From an uncultured virus (IMG/VR IMGVR_UViG_3300028569_000010) (lineage: Duplodnaviria; Heunggongvirae; Uroviricota; Caudoviricetes), in the IMG/VR virus record IMGVR_UViG_3300028569_000010: DNA of 64,000 nt, one strand, 5' to 3'. How positions within the stretch are numbered: the first letter of the stretch is position 1; each line of letters starts with the position of its first letter. Position numbers and translations under genes: made by a program. Below are positions 57,095 through 64,000 of this stretch, piece after piece. The notes beneath the pieces were generated by a model, which searched no databases, had not been told where the DNA came from, and was given only the letters and a program-made list of their open reading frames with translations.

Positions 57095-57421
57095 TTACTC
57101 CTTGTTTATAACTGGCATTGTTATATTATATCTTAGCCATTCGACATTATACTGAGATAATTCAGCATCAATATTTCTGGCTTGATGATTTCCCTTATCT
57201 AATATCTCCGAACGCATTGCTTGATATAATTCAAGCATTTTCTTTTGATCTTCTGTTAGCTTACTTGTGTCGCTATTCCATAAAAATCCAAAATATTTTT
57301 CCATAGCACTCAATGCACCAATCATGGTAGTTTGTACTTTCTTCTTCAATATTTTAGATAATCTATCTTTAGAATCAATTTGATATTTTTTATCTCTAAT
57401 AGTCTTATAATCCTTTTCCAT
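57095..57421 (-). CDS. Hypothetical protein
   Basis: 108-aa ORF with SD AGGAGG, between the chaperone-like genes. Confidence 0.75.
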   Translation of the reverse strand: MEKDYKTIRDKKYQIDSKDRLSKILKKKVQTTMIGALSAMEKYFGFLWNSDTSKLTEDQKKMLELYQAMRSEILDKGNHQARNIDAELSQYNVEWLRYNITMPVINKE

Positions 57422-58455
57422 TATTTCCTCCTAACAGTTTGTAAAAATTGTTGAGTTTGTTTAGCCTGCTGGTCTAAAATCTCATCTTGGAATTTATCTT
57501 GAGTTACAGAGCCTTGTTGATTAATTACGGCCTGTCTTTGTTTTTTAATCATCTTAGCATGGTAGGTATTAATACTTTCAATATCTTTAGCTTCATCAAC
57601 GCTAGATGCCATTAAATATACTTCAGAAGAATTTTTAACTTTACTATTCATTTTTTTATCCATATCCTGTTCTACCTTTTCCTGTTTCCTTTTACGTGAC
57701 TGAAATATTAGCCATCCATCCAACATATCGTCATCATCTATTACATCTTCGCTTGGGCAATCCATTGATTCATGTATATTATCATATGTTTGCGACCACA
57801 GAACTAAGTTTTGTTGATTTATCGTAATGTCACGCCCTAGATCTAGGAATAGATTTTGTTTATTATTACCCTTGATAAACCACAAAGATCGCCAAGGTTC
57901 ATTGCGCGCCAATTCTCTTATGATATCTTCTTGTAGGATACTTTCGCGGAAACAATCTAGAGCATAATCTAATTCATCGTCATCTAAATCACACACCCTA
58001 TCATTTCGAAAACAGTTACGTTTTATAATATATCTTAGTTTCTCTAGGTTGGCTATACTTTCACAAGTATTATAGTAATATAAGTTTTTTTTGCTTATTT
58101 GATCATTAAGTTTTTTCTCAATAGATCTAAGATATCTCTTTAGTTGACTTGCTTTGTTTTTTTCTTTATTGAGCTTGTATACTTCTACTTTGATATCCTC
58201 TATATTTTTTCTTATACCTTCTAAGTCTTTTTCTTCGTGATGGCTCCATAAATTATGTTCTATCATCCACTCTGCCATTTGATGTTCGTTCATCATCTCT
58301 TCATTAAGAGCATTAAAGTATGCTTGGTCATATATTTCACATGACTCTAATCTGTCCTCAATGGTGGGGGGATATAATTCACAGTTTAGTTTTGGTATTT
58401 TGATCTTACCAAATCTGATCTTTAATAAAAAAAGCTCTCGCTTTTGAAAGTCCAT
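57421..58455 (-). CDS. Putative tail assembly chaperone (paralog 1, with C-terminal extension)
   Basis: Directly downstream of the tail tube gene; N-terminal half resembles 56228..57091. Confidence 0.55.
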   Translation of the reverse strand: MDFQKRELFLLKIRFGKIKIPKLNCELYPPTIEDRLESCEIYDQAYFNALNEEMMNEHQMAEWMIEHNLWSHHEEKDLEGIRKNIEDIKVEVYKLNKEKNKASQLKRYLRSIEKKLNDQISKKNLYYYNTCESIANLEKLRYIIKRNCFRNDRVCDLDDDELDYALDCFRESILQEDIIRELARNEPWRSLWFIKGNNKQNLFLDLGRDITINQQNLVLWSQTYDNIHESMDCPSEDVIDDDDMLDGWLIFQSRKRKQEKVEQDMDKKMNSKVKNSSEVYLMASSVDEAKDIESINTYHAKMIKKQRQAVINQQGSVTQDKFQDEILDQQAKQTQQFLQTVRRK

Positions 58456-58481
58456 TATAGAACCTCACCAGCGAGAGCTTT
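58427..58481 (-). promoter_or_regulatory. Hairpin covering the SD and start codon of 57421..58455; terminator/attenuator-like
   Basis: Perfect 12-bp inverted repeat AAAGCTCTCGCT (58431-58442) / AGCGAGAGCTTT (58470-58481). On the - strand its 3' arm runs into U7. Confidence 0.7.
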
Positions 58482-58484
58482 CAT
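58455..58484 (-). CDS. Putative 9-aa leader peptide MKALAGEVL
   Basis: SD AAAGGA 5 nt before the ATG; stop TAA overlaps the next ATG (TAATG). Confidence 0.5.
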   Translation of the reverse strand: MKALAGEVL

Positions 58485-58522
58485 ATGTTTCCTTTATATT
58501 CCTAATTTGTTAACTTATATTA

Positions 58523-59680
58523 TCAAGCAACTATATTACCACTGGTGCTGTCTATTACCTGTAAGTCATTGAAGTTAGTGTAACTAAATGTCATAGTTGC
58601 ATTGCCACCACCAGCATCGCCACCAGCAAAATTAATTGATGATAAACGATTTCTAGTACCAAGATTAAACTCGTAACCATTGCTAATAACTAACTTAATA
58701 GTTTCGTCTAGTGTATTATTACCACTTGTTCTTGTGTTAGCATGTAAACCGGGATCACCTTCCTCTAGAGCATTTACGAAATCTCCAGAATTAGAAATAA
58801 CTTCCATTTCACAAGTCACTTCAATGGGGAAAGTAGCAGGACGATAGTAAGCAAACTTACGACCTAATTCGAAGATATCTTCACGACCAAAATCTGTGCT
58901 TACGGTAACTGACTGAATATGAACTTTGTTAGTTTTACTACTAGATTCATAACCGTTTCCAGCAACTCCCGAAATATTACCTAATACTAAATTAGGAGAT
59001 GTAGCCTTAATAATACTTGCTGGCATAATTGATGAAGCCATATTGAAGTTTTCTCTTCTTGCAACACCAAGAGTACCTACGCCGCTTGGTTGATCAGTAC
59101 CAACTCTAGAAGCTCCAGTACCACTACCAAGTAATTTAACCGTTGCCGCAGTGTCTAATAAAGTATTTGGAGTACTATCATTACTACTTGACCACTGCTT
59201 ATGATTTCCAGCTAATGTGATAGATTCTGTCATATTTCCATCTGTTGGCATTGTATAACTAACATTACTAACATACATACCCGACATATAAACTTGAGTA
59301 GTTGCGTTAACATTAGATACAGTATTAACAGTCTCATCAAAAATACCTAAATGTACGCAGCACTGGTTATTAGCTCTCTGTGCTAATCCTGCACCTTTTG
59401 CGCTGAAAAATCCACCATCTTCTGAGGCGCAAGTAGCAGCTGTATAAATAAGTGGGTGGCCGTCTAGTACTTTCTCTAGAGTAACTTCAACTTCTGGAAT
59501 ACCTTCAATGTTTTCGTAGATTTCTAGCTGACCAAATTCGAATACTTGTTCAAGGTTAAAAGCCGTATTAACTCCAACACTCTGAACGCCGTGTAAAACG
59601 TATATATCTGGACTTGCCACGTTCATTTCTGAAATGCCAACAGCTTGGCAGGCATAAAAAATTCTCTTATTATTAGGCAT
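58523..59680 (-). CDS. Major tail (tube) protein
   Basis: Strong SD AGGAG. GVQSVG..F..EQVFEFGQLEIY and IQSVTVS..REDIFELG indicate two tube-like domains. Lies between the tail terminator and the chaperones. Confidence 0.7.
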   Translation of the reverse strand: MPNNKRIFYACQAVGISEMNVASPDIYVLHGVQSVGVNTAFNLEQVFEFGQLEIYENIEGIPEVEVTLEKVLDGHPLIYTAATCASEDGGFFSAKGAGLAQRANNQCCVHLGIFDETVNTVSNVNATTQVYMSGMYVSNVSYTMPTDGNMTESITLAGNHKQWSSSNDSTPNTLLDTAATVKLLGSGTGASRVGTDQPSGVGTLGVARRENFNMASSIMPASIIKATSPNLVLGNISGVAGNGYESSSKTNKVHIQSVTVSTDFGREDIFELGRKFAYYRPATFPIEVTCEMEVISNSGDFVNALEEGDPGLHANTRTSGNNTLDETIKLVISNGYEFNLGTRNRLSSINFAGGDAGGGNATMTFSYTNFNDLQVIDSTSGNIVA

Positions 59681-59711
59681 GAGTTACTCTCCTATAGAAT
59701 ATGTTGTTAGT

Positions 59712-60662
59712 TTAAATATTATCATCGATGATTTCTGCCATTATACTTACTATACACAAAAATAAGTTACTATTAATAGTTTTAGATTCGCTAGCCGTAC
59801 ATTTATTTAGTCGAATACTATATCCTGGGAAATTTTTGATAAGTTCTGGATATCTTAGTGCATTAGAAGATAAGGTGCCATCATATTTAATTGGAAAAGC
59901 ACCACTAGAAGCTATAGTATTAGAATTAAAAGTATATATCGTTTTGTCGTTTTGCATAGAAACAATATCAACTAGTCTATTAAGATCAAAATCATTTTCA
60001 GCCATACAGTGGAATAAAATTTGATTAGTAATATACTGGCCTCCACCAAGTTGATATCCAGACATTCTTCTATTAGGTACTATCTCTACAGCTATAGCTG
60101 GAAGTTGAACTTTCATTTCGTTAGGCGTAGTTTTGTTTGGGTCTTGATCTACATTATATAGAGATTTATATTCGATTTCTCTAAGCCAAGGTAGAGAGTT
60201 TGCATACATTACATTGATGTATTTATAAGAATGTGGTATTTGGACATTAGTATTCCTATTAATACCATTAGGATTACTAGTTCCGCTAGGTTGAGTAAAA
60301 ATAATTCTACCATTATAGTAGTCTATTTTATAGTCTCTTCCGCTAGGCTGAACATTCAATTGTCCATCAATATATATTGAAGAAGGATAAACTGGGGGCG
60401 TGGAGTAGCTTATGCCACTTTGCCATACCCAATTGCCTCTAAAAGCTTGAAAGACTGTACCATCAATATGTTTTAGATCTACATAAGATAATTTGCTGTA
60501 ATCTTCATTAAGCTCATTTCTTTCATTAAGAGTTACATTAAAGTAATTGCCCTTTTGTAGCAATCCCCAATCAAAAAATTCAACAATATTATCCTGCAAC
60601 TCATTCCCAAGAGTCGTTTCAAAAACACTATTAAAACCTTTTAATGATGTATAATCGCTCAT
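59712..60662 (-). CDS. Putative tail terminator/completion protein
   Basis: QLPAIAVE..YQLGG motif and position upstream of the tail tube. Confidence 0.55.
   Translation of the reverse strand: MSDYTSLKGFNSVFETTLGNELQDNIVEFFDWGLLQKGNYFNVTLNERNELNEDYSKLSYVDLKHIDGTVFQAFRGNWVWQSGISYSTPPVYPSSIYIDGQLNVQPSGRDYKIDYYNGRIIFTQPSGTSNPNGINRNTNVQIPHSYKYINVMYANSLPWLREIEYKSLYNVDQDPNKTTPNEMKVQLPAIAVEIVPNRRMSGYQLGGGQYITNQILFHCMAENDFDLNRLVDIVSMQNDKTIYTFNSNTIASSGAFPIKYDGTLSSNALRYPELIKNFPGYSIRLNKCTASESKTINSNLFLCIVSIMAEIIDDNI
59749..59758 (-). promoter_or_regulatory. TGTGTATAGT promoter-like motif
   Basis: About 70 nt upstream of the tail tube ATG (59680). Confidence 0.4.
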
Positions 60663-61294
60663 TTGAATAATTCTGTGTTGATTATTTGAGTTATTTGATT
60701 TTCTTGCACTGAACCTGTTAAAGCTCTTGTAATAAAGTTATCAGTATCTATACCAGAATACTGTGGGGGAACTCTAAAAGAGCCACCAAATTTCATAATG
60801 CCCTGTCTAGATCTACCGCTACCAGATTGTGGAGAGTAGTTGTAATTAGCGATTATAACTGAGTTTCCCATAGTAAGTAGCCATTTTAACCAATGTAAAT
60901 CTCCGTCGCTATACACGACATGGCCGCTTTGTAATGATAGTAAATTTTGAAAATCTGATGGTTGTATTTCTATTATTAGCCCGCCATTTAACTGACTATC
61001 TATAGATGTAAAATTAAATGAGAGAGAATTGACTACTGAATTTACTATATCGTCAACTACAGTATTTGTTGATCCAGGTCTTAATCCAAATAAAGCAAAT
61101 AAAGTGTTTGGGGTTTGTGATTGTAAAGAGACTATTTCTGATTGAGATTGAATCCAACTAGGTATATAATTTTTAATTTGACTTATGGTTCGTGTTTTAT
61201 TTTTTTTGATTTTATCGTTTAGATATTGAGCTATAGCAACGTTTATATCGCCAGTGATTTTAGAAAGTGGATCTAGTAATTTAAGTGTTATCAT
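60659..61294 (-). CDS. Putative neck/tail completion protein
   Basis: WLKWLL..G and C-terminal DNFITRAL; ATG 61294 overlaps the upstream stop (ATGA). Confidence 0.5.
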   Translation of the reverse strand: MITLKLLDPLSKITGDINVAIAQYLNDKIKKNKTRTISQIKNYIPSWIQSQSEIVSLQSQTPNTLFALFGLRPGSTNTVVDDIVNSVVNSLSFNFTSIDSQLNGGLIIEIQPSDFQNLLSLQSGHVVYSDGDLHWLKWLLTMGNSVIIANYNYSPQSGSGRSRQGIMKFGGSFRVPPQYSGIDTDNFITRALTGSVQENQITQIINTELFK

Positions 61295-61773
61295 GCTCTT
61301 TTCCAAAAACAAGCAAAGTATCTATTTTGTTTTAATCCTAATGGTATATGCTCACCGACTCTTTCAAATCGCATTTCTTTTTTATCTTTAATATCTTTGT
61401 GTACTATTAAAGCTTTAGCATTTAGTATTTTCTGTAAATCAGACATAAAGCAAATAGTTTGTATGGCTGTATTTGGTGCAACTATGCCGTCTGCTACTTT
61501 TACCCACTGCTTGCTATCCCAATACACTTTTAGCTTTATATCTGTCAATACTTCTGTTTCTATAATAGTAGTATTACCAGTATTTACTATGCCGCCACCT
61601 CTCCTATGAGGATTTATTGTATCACGATTTGGATAATTGTTATTTGGATCTTTATTTATTATTTCTTTTTTTTCTATTGAAACTAATTGACAAGTAACTC
61701 CAAAAATTTCAAAAGTAGAGTCTATTACGTCAAAATATTTGTCGAATACGCTCTGTGGTATATTCACTGGCAT
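61291..61773 (-). CDS. Putative head closure (stopper) protein
   Basis: FGVTCQL..KVYW..IPLGL..YF..FWKR; size and position fit head-tail joining proteins. Confidence 0.45.
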   Translation of the reverse strand: MPVNIPQSVFDKYFDVIDSTFEIFGVTCQLVSIEKKEIINKDPNNNYPNRDTINPHRRGGGIVNTGNTTIIETEVLTDIKLKVYWDSKQWVKVADGIVAPNTAIQTICFMSDLQKILNAKALIVHKDIKDKKEMRFERVGEHIPLGLKQNRYFACFWKRA

Positions 61774-62318
61774 TATAATACTTTCCTAGACTCTATTTCT
61801 TTTATACGTTTATTATAGCACATTTGAAATAAAATACGTGCTTGATTATATTCAAACATTAATTTTTTAAAATCCTCAAATTTTATCTGTCTTGGGGTGT
61901 TCGTACTATCTAGTATCATTATTTTTGCAGAATCTTCTAAAGATGCATCTTTACTAGACACAAGAGTATTTATTAATGTGTGATAAGTATTATCATCCAT
62001 AGACAATCTATAGTTATAATTAGTTTGCCAACCATTTTTAAGTATTTCTTTTTCACGCTCAATTAATAACTCTTTAATTTGTTTAGTAATTGGCGCATTT
62101 AGGTTTAAATTATTTTTGTGAGATTCATACCAAGCGTTGCCCTTTTTACTATTAACATACTCTTCTAGATCTTTTTCACTATCAAAAACTTTTATATCGT
62201 GATTAGTAGAAACTTCTCTACCAAAATATAAATTACCAAAAGATAATATTTCTGAAGAAGTATTATGTATTACTGCGTACCAAATATTTTCAGCTTTGTA
62301 ATTATACATTAATAGCAC
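61773..62318 (-). CDS. Hypothetical protein, possibly fibre-assembly/DUF4376-like
   Basis: Follows the repeat-rich fibre-like gene; C-terminal ILDSTN..F..LMFEY pattern. Confidence 0.5.
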   Translation of the reverse strand: MLLMYNYKAENIWYAVIHNTSSEILSFGNLYFGREVSTNHDIKVFDSEKDLEEYVNSKKGNAWYESHKNNLNLNAPITKQIKELLIEREKEILKNGWQTNYNYRLSMDDNTYHTLINTLVSSKDASLEDSAKIMILDSTNTPRQIKFEDFKKLMFEYNQARILFQMCYNKRIKEIESRKVL

Positions 62319-63999
62319 CTAAATCATTTATAGTCCAATCGCTGGATAGTAAGTAATTACGAGCAGACATTAGTGAAACAGATGAGCCATCATAGTAAGA
62401 AGATGCGTGTAAAACTACGTTACGCTGAACTTGAGATGTTGACCATCTTACTAAGATATTACTATAAGTTTGTGTGCTTAAAGATGACGCATTTGTAAAC
62501 ATAAAGCTCATATCTTTGACCTTACTTATATCCCAAAATCCAATGTTTTTGTTAAAGCTTGAAGCTCCATTAAACATATTGGTCATGCTTACAACGTTAT
62601 ATGTATCCCATCCAGCTATGTCTTCGTCAAAAGATATAGCCCCAGCAAACATGGCGCTCATATCTACAACCTTGCTAGTATCCCAACTATTTAAACTTCT
62701 ATTAAATGATATAGCTCCAGCAAAACATGAATTCATACTAATCACACTAGATGTATTCCATGCGTCTATATCTACATTGAAAGATGAGCAATCTTTAAAC
62801 ATATAGCTAATATCAGTAACATTTACTACATTCCAATTTTCCAAACTGGTGGAAGAAATTGGTGGTTCATCTAATATTGATGATGTGTGGTATTCACCAA
62901 GTGACACATTACCAAAATCATTGACACTATTTAATTTAACTGGTAATTCACTATTAGTTAACTGCGACACTTGATATCCTAACTGACCGTATGTATTATC
63001 TCCCCATAGCCATAGATCTTTATTTGATTGAATGGCGGCACTGTGTCGATATCCAGCGTAAATATTTGTAAAAGTAAGATCATTTCTAATAATGCTAGGA
63101 GCATTTATCTTATTTCCACTATTTTTACCCTGCTGATTACCTAGTTGACCATAAGCATTATTACCCCAGCCATAAGCTTTATCTAGAGAATTTATAGCTA
63201 AAGAATAGAACTCTCCAGCACTGATCTTTTTCCATGTAGATCCACTTAGTAAAGTTGGAGTATTAACAGAATTGTTATGTCCTAAACCTAATTGCCCATA
63301 AGCATTATTACCCCATGAGTATAAATTATCGGAAGTATCTATTGCCAAAACGTGATCTCTACCAGCATCTACAGTCTTCCAAGTCTTAATACCAATTTTT
63401 ATAGGTACATTTCTAAGAATAGTATCACCTGTTCCTAGCTGTGAATATTCATTGTTACCCCAGCAATATAATTCATCATTGTCAGAAATTGCTATACTAA
63501 AATCATGACCAGTAGCTACATATATCCATTGTGTATCTATTTGATCTATTAATACTGGAGATAGTCTGTTATTATTAGTGCCATCTCCAATCTGACCATA
63601 AGCGTTGCTGCCGAAAGCGTATAGCTTGCCAGTATTATCTATAGCTAAACTATGATCTCTACCAGCAGCTATATGAGTCCAAGTTTTATTACTAATTCTA
63701 GCTGGAGTAATACGTGTAGTTCTATCACCGTGTCCTAATTGACCAACACTATTATTGCCCCAAGACCATAAATATCCTTGATTGTCTATAGCGAGAGTGT
63801 GATTTTTACCAGTTGCAACTTTTCTCCATCTCTTATTAGTTGATTTTCTTGGAAATGGATTAGAGGCAGTTGATGTATCATATCCTAATTGACCATTAAT
63901 ATTAAGACCAAAAGATAGAATAAAATTACTAGAAGTTTCAGTATCATCTACAGAACCCAACAACTCGCAACCATTAAAGAAACCTATAATAGAATTAGC
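62302..63999 (-). CDS. RCC1-repeat + DUF285/BspA-like repeat protein (5' partial)
   Basis: About 7 RCC1 blades (G..HSLAI..G.LY.WGNN.YGQLG) then 25-aa repeats (WDTSKVVDMSAMFAGAISF). The frame stays open to the window end. Confidence 0.9.
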   Translation of the reverse strand, partial: ANSIIGFFNGCELLGSVDDTETSSNFILSFGLNINGQLGYDTSTASNPFPRKSTNKRWRKVATGKNHTLAIDNQGYLWSWGNNSVGQLGHGDRTTRITPARISNKTWTHIAAGRDHSLAIDNTGKLYAFGSNAYGQIGDGTNNNRLSPVLIDQIDTQWIYVATGHDFSIAISDNDELYCWGNNEYSQLGTGDTILRNVPIKIGIKTWKTVDAGRDHVLAIDTSDNLYSWGNNAYGQLGLGHNNSVNTPTLLSGSTWKKISAGEFYSLAINSLDKAYGWGNNAYGQLGNQQGKNSGNKINAPSIIRNDLTFTNIYAGYRHSAAIQSNKDLWLWGDNTYGQLGYQVSQLTNSELPVKLNSVNDFGNVSLGEYHTSSILDEPPISSTSLENWNVVNVTDISYMFKDCSSFNVDIDAWNTSSVISMNSCFAGAISFNRSLNSWDTSKVVDMSAMFAGAISFDEDIAGWDTYNVVSMTNMFNGASSFNKNIGFWDISKVKDMSFMFTNASSLSTQTYSNILVRWSTSQVQRNVVLHASSYYDGSSVSLMSARNYLLSSDWTINDLGAINV

Positions 64000-64000
64000 T

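Noticed and set aside
58426..58432. In-frame T TTT TTA slippery heptamer near the start of the 344-aa chaperone-like gene
   Set aside because: A -1 shift would reach TAA within a few codons and give no GT-like product; the T-run is better explained as the tail of the hairpin.
1..64000. Stop-codon reassignment (TAG or TGA recoding)
   Set aside because: Standard-code ORFs of up to 3841 aa tile the window with tight overlaps. TAG is rare but genes are not fragmented.
22101..64000. Contractile tail, diversity-generating retroelement, or tRNA genes
   Set aside because: No sheath or baseplate-wedge motifs, no reverse transcriptase or adenine-variable repeat pair, and the intergenic gaps show no cloverleaf.

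Overview
This AT-rich 64 kb window is part of a large tailed dsDNA phage genome, probably siphovirus-like (tail tube, chaperones and tape measure, but no sheath gene seen). It has two convergent blocks that meet at a hairpin terminator near 22,060-22,100. The + strand block (1-22,048) is replication and modification: DnaG-type primase, dNMP kinase, PD-(D/E)xK exonuclease, an intein-less split DnaE polymerase with a DnaQ-like exonuclease and an endonuclease VII gene between the halves, SSB, about 11 kb of glycosyltransferase/FkbM-methyltransferase genes, three free-standing endonucleases and a Rad52-like annealing protein. The - strand block (22,101-64,000) is virion morphogenesis. The most unusual elements are: (1) a 3,523-aa tape measure protein carrying about 1,800 aa of enzyme-like cassettes (two PD-(D/E)xK-like, degenerate P-loop plus HIGH nucleotidyltransferase, HExxH peptidase, GNAT) separated by a recurring GG-containing motif; (2) two paralogous tail-assembly chaperones, one preceded by a 9-aa leader ORF and a hairpin covering its start, instead of the usual G/GT frameshift; (3) the split dnaE; (4) Ser-Gly enrichment in virion proteins alongside the glycosylation cluster. 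All assignments come from reading motifs by eye; no database searches were run.
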